A program made the position numbers and the translations under genes. Below are positions 39,201-51,000 of a stretch of 64,000 bases of DNA, in pieces. Below the pieces are notes generated by a model. It was given only the letters and a program-made list of their open reading frames with translations, made no database searches and was not told where the DNA came from. How positions within the stretch are numbered: position 1 is the stretch's first letter; the number at the start of each line of letters is the position of its first letter. The stretch comes from a virus. The DNA lies in the IMG/VR virus record IMGVR_UViG_3300031576_001126, positions 1 to 64,000 of that record. One strand, written 5' to 3'.

Positions 39201-41996
39201 GGAGTTTTGGCAATAGTAGCAGAACATCCATATGGCATGTTTTATAATACTCAAACAACAATAGACAGACCAACAAATGAGTTTTTAAATCACTTTGGAA
39301 TTAATTCTGGTGTTCCAGAATTATCTTCCAAGAGTTTGGCTTTAACAAGGGTTAGATTTTATTTTGACACAGAAAACGGATCGAGAGAATCCTGGTATAA
39401 TAATGTGTTTTTAAATATTGATTTTGCTGATACTGATTATTTTTCCATAGGTTCCATTGGGACATCTAATTCCTTTAAAAACAATATAGAAGTTGCTTTG
39501 AAGTCGGCAATAAACGATAGAACAAACATAGAAAGCGGATCAAGATTCAAATCTGAATATGTCCTGATTGATTCTGATGACTTTGTTTACACAATAAGCA
39601 ACGAAGATGGCACAGTTATTCCAGGTAAAATATCCTTGGTCAATAGCGATTTTAACCTTTATCCAATACAGAAAACAAATTTTCTATATCAAAAAAGTCT
39701 TGATAAGGGTTTTGAAGTTTTTTCTGATGTGCATATTATAAAATGTTCCGTTATCCCCCCCGTAGATGATCCTTTGAAATTGATTTTTACGGCAGGATCA
39801 ACAATTAGGCAAAATAAAACAGGATCTTCTGCAATAATAATAAAAGAAACAGTTAATAGCGAGGACGGATCTGTTAGAACTCTTTATGTTTATAGAGTAG
39901 TGAAAGAATTTGATGAAGTAAACATTTTCACGGAAGTCAGTAATTTTTCAGGATCAAGTGGAAAGAGTGGAACACCAATTGGAAAGACGATTCCAATTTA
40001 TAATGGTCCGCATACTTTTGTTAAATTTGTTTCTCTTGGAGAAAATAATGAATCAATAGATGAGGACGAGATATTTTTCGAAGAATTCGATAGGCCATAT
40101 GATATCATTTTAAAGGATGAACTTTTTCAAGAAAGCTGGGGATTGAAAAAATTAAGTGATGATATATTTGCTGGAGGATATTTTCATTATGAAACTGGGA
40201 ACCTATTAAAGACCGCAAAAATTATATCCAATACATCCAGCACCATATTGTTGTCCGGGACTATAAAATCCGGAATAAAAAATTCTGAAAGATTTTTAAT
40301 AACTTTGTTTAATCCTGACAAAATTTCTTTTGATTTTACAGGCAATTATAAGGAAAAAACAGAAGTTTTACAAAAACTTAGAATATCAACAGACGGCAGT
40401 ATATTGTATGGACCAATAAAAATAAATTTAGAATCAAATAACCAGACAGAAATCATTGCTTCTGTGAGAGACAGTTTTAAAAAATTTGGCGGTATTTCCA
40501 AAAAAGTTACAATTGGTGGAGAATCTGTTTTTGATTTCACTGGAATTGTTGAAAGCAATGTAAGAGTTTTTGGATATGTAATGTCTGAAAATGATTCGGA
40601 AAGTTTGAATCCCGAAAAAATACCCCTTGCAATCGGAGGTGAAAATCTAGATGTTATTATTGTTCCTAAAGATTTAAAAGACAAAATAATTTATTTAGAT
40701 GTAAGAACAGCATTACCCTCTCAAAATGTTCGAGCGATTATAAACAAAACAGACGGAACAGAATTGGAAGTAAATGCTGAAGAATCTATAACTGATAAAA
40801 GATTTATAGTTAAAATAAATCAAAATGGAATTTCATATCATAATATAGAAATAGTGGCTGATCCTGCTGCTGGAAGTAGTCTTGATCCCTTGGGCATTCT
40901 TGAAAACGATGAAGATGCAGGTATTTCTTTGGAAAATGATGTTATAACAAAAACATTGTATAAAGCAATTAATTATGCAAGATCAAGAGATTTTATAAAG
41001 TTGGATAATTTTGATTCAATAAACTTTACATCGACCGCTGAACACAACGGTAAAAGCACCAACAAGAATAGATTGGCATTTAAAACTTTTATAGATAATT
41101 TTACAGGTAGTGCGATTGTTCATACGACAAGTGATCATTTTTGGTTCACTCCAACGGCAGCAAGTCAACCGGCAAGTCCTACCTTATTTATTCCAGCTTA
41201 TGCAAAAGATTCGAATATAAAGGAAAATTATTGGAAGAAATCAGGGTCAGAAAATATATTAAATTACATAAGTTATGTAAACAATTCTGGAATAGATATG
41301 AGATTTTATTTAAAGTATTATTTCCAAGAAAAACATAATTGGTTTTTTACTGAGATGGATTATGTAAATAGAGGAGTGGATATAAATAATTTAGTAATGT
41401 TATATAGAATTGACTTGCATCATCTTTTGGAGTTTTTACCTGATTCCTTGCTCCTTCCCAGGGATGATTTTTCCACAGAGGAAAAGGCCAACTACGATTT
41501 AAATTTTAGAAATTATGTCTCCAGAAATTTCTTTTTTTCTCTTCCAGATGGATCTCAGGTCGGAATAGGTAGCCAAGATCTGATCCAGGGAGCAGGAGCA
41601 AACATAAATGTAGGAGATTCGGTTATTTATCCAATAGGTTATCAAGGAGTGCCTCAAAGCGAACTTTTGCCAATAGGGGGAGTTATTTCAAAACTTCAAT
41701 ACAATGACGAAAATATATCTAATGATATAAAGGTTTCTAATAAAAATGTAGGAGTGCAATTCTTTTTGAATAAAGAAGACGGAAGCGGAAGGATAGTTGG
41801 AACATTATTTTTTGAAGGCAATTTGTTTTTAAAGGAAGACATGGGTTCTTTTCAACTTACAGATAATGATTTTATCAGGCCCTTCATAGGTCATTCTGGT
41901 GCTGGAGATAGTCTATTATATGGCGCTGGTTTGAAAAAACTAACTAAAAACAGAGGATTCTACATAGGAATGATATTGCAGTATCAAGATTTTTAA
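36297..41996 (+). CDS. Large virion-associated protein with CBM-like domain
   Basis: 1899 aa. N-terminal KEDIII...YPITVDP domain; NGDFE..W..LRWSHDG..LDDVRI jelly-roll at about 38394-38936. Confidence 0.6.
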   Translation: MYEITKKNYIFGVDVLSKTFKITVGRSCFFMCFPDFNFSKIVFGENSISIIEALSGIDIVYKTSNNFVKEDIIIKDKNHVNNIRCQVSMKNCMIFYNKINKNYSIIGNKGKDIFSFGKITSYNSKKEIESFAKISYDSLLNIILYSFKTLSLNEYPITVDPTFLFPSEAKTASKDDISSQNNMFIVGLSSADKLIEDAEEITNPLTGSKQKLFSSDDVVFEKDIQVIFPYLNPNNVDSVSLQIEHSGSLRNLTFPKSGDNAFVIASYLVGETLVSYIYVVFSLKSNLVGTVKVIGDVNFNPDLYGNFSVSFSRTFFFVFDVNLRMSSENIVYNNENELLKNNIVVSHFSKFSPLEYNILPYEFEDENINKFTETVTFSIAPTKVENRNPARTNVHFKFDPSIIPTPSFKDSRQDSSAEIDMETLLKTLPGMDYELLDNDGNPMPKFYKISNPGNWEFWALFPNINYDIQNSSPDIRAYIAVKNNSRFKRTILKIIIGGQGSFRKEWKPGITDANDFWQMFFDNTGPVEKDLFQKLADEYIVNKKSPYVSNGIGINMTVPFRRILDQDKPGEYLELKCSIKVSGNNFFDIIYEYRNTTSEKLKLIGNSNAVDLIYGNNFFQYNQGIDIDMSSGHFVNIKRNDFRDSQFDWIPIDRSLDSLKTNITLSEFYGVTSSTTSDRANLFVYTVERNLSNIEMKPGNMIANGDFEFFTNNIPASWTFFPSDSENFPVTIKETSIVFSGTSSLRWSHDGNSVGIGVSNNLKFPSLSQAFLIGNNPTIRDKRLYYSYQIRAVLGTNKTKTTLGFGTYNNFQEISPSFGNVEVNYDDSKWTKVFGYFELSDLPSSNDSQEFFNNEVRILIRPTSENSVQEAILDDVRISLLSSTQIEPPSDPRNDIRFISTELDPRWYSGRIYSQIVHDFSDPNNWPHVLAHDDWSVDDVTSDAWYFEEQIEPFIIFDRELPVFDPEIGVLAIVAEHPYGMFYNTQTTIDRPTNEFLNHFGINSGVPELSSKSLALTRVRFYFDTENGSRESWYNNVFLNIDFADTDYFSIGSIGTSNSFKNNIEVALKSAINDRTNIESGSRFKSEYVLIDSDDFVYTISNEDGTVIPGKISLVNSDFNLYPIQKTNFLYQKSLDKGFEVFSDVHIIKCSVIPPVDDPLKLIFTAGSTIRQNKTGSSAIIIKETVNSEDGSVRTLYVYRVVKEFDEVNIFTEVSNFSGSSGKSGTPIGKTIPIYNGPHTFVKFVSLGENNESIDEDEIFFEEFDRPYDIILKDELFQESWGLKKLSDDIFAGGYFHYETGNLLKTAKIISNTSSTILLSGTIKSGIKNSERFLITLFNPDKISFDFTGNYKEKTEVLQKLRISTDGSILYGPIKINLESNNQTEIIASVRDSFKKFGGISKKVTIGGESVFDFTGIVESNVRVFGYVMSENDSESLNPEKIPLAIGGENLDVIIVPKDLKDKIIYLDVRTALPSQNVRAIINKTDGTELEVNAEESITDKRFIVKINQNGISYHNIEIVADPAAGSSLDPLGILENDEDAGISLENDVITKTLYKAINYARSRDFIKLDNFDSINFTSTAEHNGKSTNKNRLAFKTFIDNFTGSAIVHTTSDHFWFTPTAASQPASPTLFIPAYAKDSNIKENYWKKSGSENILNYISYVNNSGIDMRFYLKYYFQEKHNWFFTEMDYVNRGVDINNLVMLYRIDLHHLLEFLPDSLLLPRDDFSTEEKANYDLNFRNYVSRNFFFSLPDGSQVGIGSQDLIQGAGANINVGDSVIYPIGYQGVPQSELLPIGGVISKLQYNDENISNDIKVSNKNVGVQFFLNKEDGSGRIVGTLFFEGNLFLKEDMGSFQLTDNDFIRPFIGHSGAGDSLLYGAGLKKLTKNRGFYIGMILQYQDF

Positions 41997-42009
41997 TGGA
42001 GCTTAAAAA

Positions 42010-45000
42010 ATGGCGGATGTTAGTATACAGGCGAATGAAGCCTTTTTAAATTTCTCAGACTTGGAAGGAGATATAAGCTCTCAAAAGTTTTCTATTACAC
42101 CTAATTTGTGGGTCGGACAAGTTTTTTTGTCAAGAACTGATGAATTAGACAAGATTTTTTTCCTTTGCGACAATACGGAAGCTTTAGAAGTTGAACTTTA
42201 TACAGCTTTAGTGAGCGGCGGAGGACAAGTGTTTACCCCCGACTTTCTACTCGCTTCCGTTTCTCATCCAGAAAATGGGGCAAGTCCATTTCAAGATATT
42301 TCTGTTGGGAATCAAAGTAATTCTGGTGGAATTTGGAGAAAAATAACATTTGATACGCCAATTTCTCTTGTTGAGGGCGCATTTTATATAATAGTTTTTA
42401 AAACAACAAGCACATCTAAAAGTCCAACAATTTTCTGGACAGCAAATTATAGACAATCAATAAACCCAATAATCACCGCATCCAATGATGCTGGTGCTAC
42501 ATGGTCAAATGACAATATTGAAACAATAACGGCAGGAAATACACAAGCCGGAGCGGTTTGTTTCGGATACGTTGGAAAAGAAGTTGATACAATTACTTAT
42601 TTGGACTCTGGAACGGTCACAATAGGAGGAACAGTCTCTTCAAGAAGAGGATATTCTGTTTTTCTATATGTTGAAAATTTAGATCCATTAAGCACAACTG
42701 TTGGAATTAACTTTTCGCAATTACCTCCTTCTGATCCAATAAATGGAACCAGCGAAGAAACCGATCAGGCCATGATGAGATGGTATTTTTTTGAAGAAGG
42801 CATTTTGCCAGTTTCTGCTGATTTTGAACCAGTTTTATTCAAAACAAATGTACAAGCAAAATTAGATATTAATGCTGAATTTGTGTTGTATATCCAACCA
42901 GATAGAATCTCGCCCTTGGCCGATACATATTATCCTGAAAGTGAAATAAACACATATGCAAATCCGATAGGGTTGATTCCTATATATAGCAGCACAAAAG
43001 AATTCATAGATTTTGATACTCCTTCCAATGCCTCTGATGAAAACGTCAATATGACTGCATCAACTGATGTAACTGATAGATTTGGAATTCAAAACTGGGC
43101 TCATTTAAAAAACAAAGCTAAACTTGAAACTTCGGGTAATCAAAGGCTGGCTTCTAGTTCTCAAAATCCAAGTTATTTTGATTTTTCAACAGAAAATCCA
43201 AGCAAAGATGTCGAAATTATAAAAACAATAACTCTAGATGGAACATTAGATGGAATAGAAAATGAAGAAGATGTAACAAGAGGATTTAATAGATCTGAAT
43301 TTTTAAAAAACAAATATATATTTTTTTCAAAAAAAGCAGAACAGGGTTATATTTCTTCTCCGTCATATCCAACTACTCCTGGCAAACTTTTGGCTTATGT
43401 TGCCGATAGTGATTTGATAAATTGGGAAAGAAAAACAATATCCGTGCTGGATTCTTCTCCCTCGACTCTTGGTTTGACTTTTGGAGATACAGCTTCAACA
43501 TATATTATTGGAGTTTATGACTCTGTTGTGGTCGCTATGCAAGGTGTTGAAACATTATTTGTTTTATTTCAAACCATATCTTTTTCGACAATTGGATCGG
43601 CAACATTCCCCTCTGGATTCCATATCGGATATTATCAGGGCGATTTTAGTGAAAGCGATATTCAATTTCAATTAATCAATCATGAACTTACAGATGTTCC
43701 AAATCTTGCCGACGTTAATTTTTCAAAGTTTACAGTAAACAATATTGATGAACAAAAATCAAGATTTATATTTCCAAATAATTCGGAAATTTTATATTTT
43801 TCGGCATCTAATGCTTCTGCTATATATGGTCTTGGAATATGGAAAATAAATCTTACTGATAGTTTATCTTCAATTTACGAAGCGGAGAGATTAAAAGTAA
43901 ATTCAGATACATCTATAGAACAAACGGGTATTTCCGACGAAAAAGACAAACAAATAACATTTGTTCTTTACGATGGAAATACAACTTATCTTGGGATTAG
44001 AACTAGTATTTCATACACATTTAGTTCGGTAAATGTCCCTACGATTGGTTCAAGTTATTTTGCAAGAGTTTATAGAACTGATGATTTTACAACATTCGAA
44101 CAATTGCTTGGCGGAGAAGCTTATAATTCGGCTTCTGCCGCCAATTTTCCATCCTGGCTTTCTGGAATTCATAGCGCACAGGATTATGATCCAACAAACG
44201 AAGGTGTTGTTTGGCCTCAGGTCGGAGAAGATTTTATTCCAAGCAACGAAGTCAAATTCATGCATAAAGTTGGAAACATATTGCATGTCTGGACTAATTG
44301 CTCTGCCTTTACTTCTGCGAATACTCCAATACATGTTGCCATAGATATTGTTTCAAAATCGACCAAAGTATTAAGATTGTTCCCAATAGAAGATGAAGCC
44401 GATTCCAGTTACGGAACAATTCCCAAAGTTTCAGATCTTGAGTTATATCCAAGAAGCAAAGCGTTAAGATGGATCGAGGGTGGTTCGGTAAATGGCAATC
44501 ACATTTTTATTTATGGAGCAGAATCATTAACATCATCTCTTGAACCCGCCACAATGAGCGCCTCATTGGATACTTTTGATTATGTCGCTGATCATGTCTT
44601 TAAATCTGATGATTTTAAAACAAGATGGTTGATTTATGATGATAGAACTATAAATGATGCTTTTGAAAAATATAATAGCTTGTCTGATTTTATAGGAAAT
44701 GCTGGAATCTCATCCATTTTATTTGAAGGAACTGGAAATGATGATATAAATATTGGTGGGACATATAGCGGAACAACATTTGACGAAAGATATTTGATTG
44801 AAGTCGAAAATAAAGGTTTGGTTGAATCCTTCACTGCCGGGGTTGGGATAGGTAACGGTCCTCTTGATGATTTTAATGCCAGCGGAACACCAACGGCCAC
44901 ATCTCAAAAAGAATTTATTGTTGAAATAGATAGAATTGCAGAAGTTGGAACAGGAACAGTAGCTAATGCCGGAGTTGGATCTCTAAATGATCCAAGCGCA

Positions 45001-48000
45001 GGATTTGCCGGATCTGGATCCAATGATGCTCAATTTACAACATTATTGTTGACACCTCTCTCTCCCAAAGCCATTGGCGTTGAAATAACATCTCTTGCTG
45101 CAGCAGACGTTTTCACTGGGTCTGGACTTAATGATTTGACGGCGCAAGCATCTTTGAATCCCGGATTAACATCTCAAGAAGAATTCAAGGTTGAAATAGA
45201 TAGCGCAGGATTAATTCCAAATAATACGGGACTTACGGCCTCTGCAAGTCCTGCTCCGACTCAGCAAAAGGATTATCATGTTGAAATAGTCGAGGATGCT
45301 GGAACAGAAATATTTTTAGGTTCAGGGCAGGATGATTTAAATGCAACTGTAACTTCACCATCAGAAAGCTATACTTATCAAATAGAAATAGAAAAATTAG
45401 CTTATGAAGATCAATTTGATCCAGCTATTATTACATCTGTTGTCGGTGATGATTTGGAAGCTTTTGGCAATTCAACAGAAGGATATCTCTATCAAGTAGA
45501 AATCGTCAGAAAAGCCATGGATGTAGAAACTGTAACTGGAACATTTTTGGATGACTTCCAAGTCACAAGACAAGTTGTTTTTAATGGAACTGGAACCAAT
45601 GATTTTGAAATAGTAGAAAGTTTAAGTCAAGATGGAATAGAATATAACTATGATATTTTAATAGAAATAGATGGACTTACATCATACAAATTATCAACTG
45701 ATGGAGGAGCAACTTTTGCCAGCGCATTAAATCCAATTGTAGCCAACACTCCATTTAATGTTGCTAGTTCTGGCTGGCGTGGACAATTCACGGTTGGATC
45801 TGGCTATGTTGTTGGTGATAAATGGTCTTTTCAAACAGTAGCAAATGTTTCGGCTGTTTACAAAGTTGAAATTGATAGTATTGGTTTGGATCCTGCTCCT
45901 GACACAAGTCCAGCAAATGGGGGTATTGATGATTTATCGGCGTCAACATCTGGTGGTGGGCCTTTGGATCAATTTTTATATGAAGTTGAAATAACAGATC
46001 AATCAGCAAGGAATGTGAGTTTTTCAAATCCCAGAATAGCCACAAATGAAGATGGAATATTTACGGCGAACCAAAACTACGATCCATCAACTAGCGCCGG
46101 TGCTTTGATAAAAGCCCTTGGAAATATACCAGAGAATAGGGATTTTGACGATCTTCCATTCGGATCCGATGCAATAGCCTATAGAACAGAAATAGACGGC
46201 AAAGCCCTAGATGCGTCCGTTTATGGATCTTATTTATATACTATTTCAAGAAACATTGTATCAAATTCAATATTTAAAATAATAAACACGTCTCACTTGG
46301 ACAATATACCGTCTCCATTGTCGACAACAAATGTGTCTGTGGATGGTATTGATTTTGTTGTATCTGGAAATTATGCTTATATAATATCAACATCTCTTGG
46401 AGATAATTCTTTAGAGATATACGATGTTTCTGACAAAACTTCTCCAATGTTATTATCAACATTGGATCTCGGAATATTTGTAAGTTCGGTCATTTCTATA
46501 ATTGGAGATACTGTTTATTTAGTGTCTAATGTTGTCCCCTCTCTCCCAAATTCAAGTTCTATAAATTTAATAGTTATAAATGTTGGGAATCCATTAAACC
46601 CATACATAAGAAGTGTGACAAGATCAACCGGAGGAGGAAGCGCTTCTGCCCTTTTTTCATCAAAACCTTTGCCATTAAGAGAGATGGTTTATCTTTCTCA
46701 ATCAAGCACAGCCTCGTTTTTTATTGTTAATGACAAAGATATTCCTCTAAATATAGGCCCAACGGACAACACTTTCGATGGTGGAAGTGGACAGACCGGC
46801 ATAGAGGCTTTAGATGACAGACTTTATGTTGCAAGCAGCAACAATAGAAAAGTTTTTGTATATAACGATCTCTCTTCCATGGAGTCCTTTGTTAGTTATG
46901 TTTTGCTTTCTGGTGGACCATTTTTTGAAGGAGAAATGATTGTAAAAACTTCATCGACTCCTACGGCCGGTGCTAATGCTACAATATTAACCGTAGTTGC
47001 ACCTTTTCCAACATCAGGTGAATTAAAATTAGGAAATGCATCACAATTAACTGGGATAACCATAGCTCCAAGTTCACAGTTTATATCAGGAGATACAATT
47101 TTTGGGGTTGAAAGTGGTGCTACTGCGACATTATCCTCAGGATTAACATTTAAAAACAAAGATGCTTCTGGTGCAAATCAGACTTCTACTGTTGGATTTA
47201 GAAAGGCAGCAACGATAACAACCTTTGGATTGAACCCAAATAATGTTCATCCTTTTAATTTTCTTATAAAGTCCAGTGAAGCAATCATTCTTAGCTCGCC
47301 GCCCATAACCATTGATTCGTTTGAAAATTCTACAGAATTTACATTTACTGTCTCTGGAACAACGGCAACAATATCTGGAAACATTACAGCACAAATTTTA
47401 AATGGATCTACTGTTAAATTTTACAATTTAACTGGCGGATCTGCCAATATTCTATTTGTAACATACAGAACTGTGCGCTCTGTCACCTATAATTCTGGTC
47501 CAAACACTACGACATTTACAATTTCTTCTATTTTAAGCGATAGAACTGGAGGAAAATGCTTTAAAATTGTAAATTATACGTTGCTTGCAGTTTCTTTGAC
47601 TGGAACAAATGCGGGTGTTGAAATTTACGATATGACAAATATCATAAATTTGGATGCATCTTTAAATCCATTAATATATCCATCACAAATGCTTGCAAGA
47701 ATTCCATTGTCAGATTTATCAGGATCTCCAAATTTCATATCAAATAGAGGCGATATTTTATATATATCCACAAGTGCCGGAGTGGATATATTTGAAATAT
47801 CAAGATCTTCCATAGTTCATAGTCATGAAAATCTTGGACATCTTATTGCTAAAAAAATAAACTCAACATCCGCCGGATCAACAATTGGAAGACTTGCCGT
47901 TTCTCCGATAAGTATATCTAATAATGTTGAATTTATAGGAAGGGTTGGACCAGTTTCCTTTACTCCTGTTTCCCTGGCGTCATCTGCTGGAAACAATATT

Positions 48001-51000
48001 CTACAAGCCATATCTGTGGATGGGAGATTGTCATTATCTTCTATTTCTGGATTTAATGCTGGAGATACAATAACTGGCTTGACATCTGGAGCCACGGCTA
48101 TAGTTTTCGCCTCTACAATTGGTTCGACGGCATATGGAAATCTTAATGGGAAATTTATACTTGGAGAAACAATTTCAAGTTCGGGAGGAGGCTCGGCTTC
48201 AAATTTTGGGTTATCAAATCCAGAACTACTAAGTATGAAGTCTGGAAAATACATTATAAAAGCAACATCAAGCACACAATATGTTTACTCTACAGATGGT
48301 GGAAAAACATTTACCACAACGCCAATTTTAATGTTAACATCCTTTGCGGGAATTGGATCAACTGGAGTTAGTATCAGGTTCGAGAGCACAACAACTCATG
48401 TCGCCGGAGATATTTGGGAATTCGAGGTTGGTCCAAATGGAATTTTCGATTACAAGGTTGAGATAGATAGTCTGTGGAATGATTCTTTGATTTTCACTGG
48501 ATCTGGATTGGATGATCTTAAAGTTTTTGGAGATCCGACCAATAATATTGATGTCGAAATAACAATAGATGGAACAGCGGAACAATTCGGATATGGTTAT
48601 GGGTTTGGATTGGGTGGAGACTTTTTCAACATATTCGGTTTTGCCGGCCCAGATTATGGTTATGGCGGAGGATCTTTCGAATATGATTATGCATATTCTT
48701 ATGATTATGGACTAGGATACGAGTATGGATATGGATATCCATTTGAAAACAACGCCACATCAACGGACACATTCTCTTATGTTGCAACAGTAAATAGCAT
48801 AACTATAGCATCTGGTTTTCAAATACCAATAACAGAAGATTTACAAAACATAACAAATGGAATACAAATAGAGTTTGGAAGCAAAGGCAAATTTAGCGAA
48901 GACTATCTCTTCACGTTATTCGGTTCTGCATCTCCGAGTGATGGATTCCAAATAATAAAATTGGATTCTATATATTCTGATTTAACATCTGGAGCAATAG
49001 TAGAAACACAATCTGTAGAAGATGCTGTTACTTTAGGACAAGTTAGTATTGCCTGCGATGAAAACTTAATGATAATAGGCAATCAAACTACTCCGTCTGT
49101 TTATATTTACAACACTAGAGATCCAGAGAATACCCATCTTGTTGGTGTGGAATCAGTAGTCCAGAATTGTGAAGACATTAGAATAAATGACAATTTACTA
49201 TTTATCGGTGGAAATTCTGGAGGAAACTCTCAATTTGTTATATATGATTTAACATATGCACAAGTTTCTGAACTTGTTGAGGACGATGTTGTTAATTTAT
49301 CGGATCCTTTTGTGAACATAAGAATAAAAGATGATTATGCTTTTGTTTTGGTAGATGACAGCGTTAATATAATTCTTCAATCTTGGGATATTTCCAATCC
49401 AATCAGTGTTCCAGTTTCGCCTGATGATACTTTGTCTTTGTCGTTTACGTCCGGCGGAGCGGATGCCTTGTCGTCTACAATTTCTGGAAATTATCATTAT
49501 TCTGCTGGGAATGTATCTGGAACATATTTTTTGAAAACTGTCGACATAACAAATCCAACGGCGCTTGTTTTATCAAGCTCTATATCTTTTGAATCTTCTT
49601 TTGTGGTTTTTTCCATAACATCTACTAATAATTTTTTATATATAACAGGACATAGGACAGTCCCAATTAATGCCGAAAGGCTTGTAAAGGTGTATGATAT
49701 TGTTTCTACTCCTGGAACTCCGGTTTTTACTGGAGAATATAAAGACTCCTTTGATGGTGCAGATTCTAGGATGACAGACATAAAAGCCAAAGATGGTATT
49801 GTGTATACAATGGCATTAAATAATAGCACTTCAGCATCATCCCTCTATATAATAGATGTTTCTCAACCAACAAATCCGTCATTATTAACAAGTATATTGG
49901 TTGCTGATTACACTGTTTTATTAAATCTATGCACATTAACAAGAACGCAGGGGCATACTTATGGGGACAAATGGAATTTTTCATCCAGAGACACATTTAG
50001 ATGGACCGATGACGCAAGAAGACCAGTTACCATTTGGAACGAAGAAGAAGTCGAGATAAATTCTGGAATTCAGAACATAGACAATTTAACCGCAGTGCTT
50101 TTCTTAGAAAAAACAGCAGGATATGCTCTTGGTGACACTTGGGATTTTTCAACTGTTGATACTTTTAGATGGGCGGCGGATATAACTGGAACGGTATTGG
50201 ATATTTCTGATTCAAGTTTTGAATGGCAAGAAGAAAAAATCAAAGCGCCATTTGAAGGCGGAGTTATTGATCTAGAATCCACTTCTCCATTTGACAATCC
50301 AAATGTTAAATTGGATTTCTTTGATTCCAACGGATATTTCATAGGAGATTTTATAGACTGGTCATACACTCAACAAGATAGTTATTCTGTAAGAATTTAT
50401 GAATTTAATCCACTTCTTGGTTTGGATGTAATTAGAACATCACCATTTTTGATTACTCCAACTACGCCAACTTTGCCAACAAATCAACTTGTTACCGCAG
50501 GATCTCCGGTGTCGGTTGCAATAACTTCTCCTGAAGCAACTGGCCCTGTTTTTGTGGAGTTTGATGGTGGAATAGGACACAAAACTGGAGATAAATGGAC
50601 ATTTACAACACTAGATACATTCAGATGGACAGATAAAGTTTTTCCTCAACTTATTGACAACGATCCTATCTCTGGTTTTGTTATTCAATGGAATGAAACA
50701 AAAGTTCCAATTATGACGGACGTATTAACTCTATATTCTTTAAATAATAATGTTGATATTACCATAGGTAATAAAAATGGCCATGATATAGGAGATGCTT
50801 GGATTTTTTCAACTGTTGATACTTTTAAATATTCGGTTGGGGATGATCTAGATGACTTGTCTCAAAAAAGAACCGATATTCCCATACCTCTCGAAGGAGG
50901 AATTTCAAGCATTGGAAAACAAGATACTGCCGCAAACGATAAAGATTCTGAAAATAATGTATTTATAGATTCAAACTATGATGTAGGACACAGTATTGGT

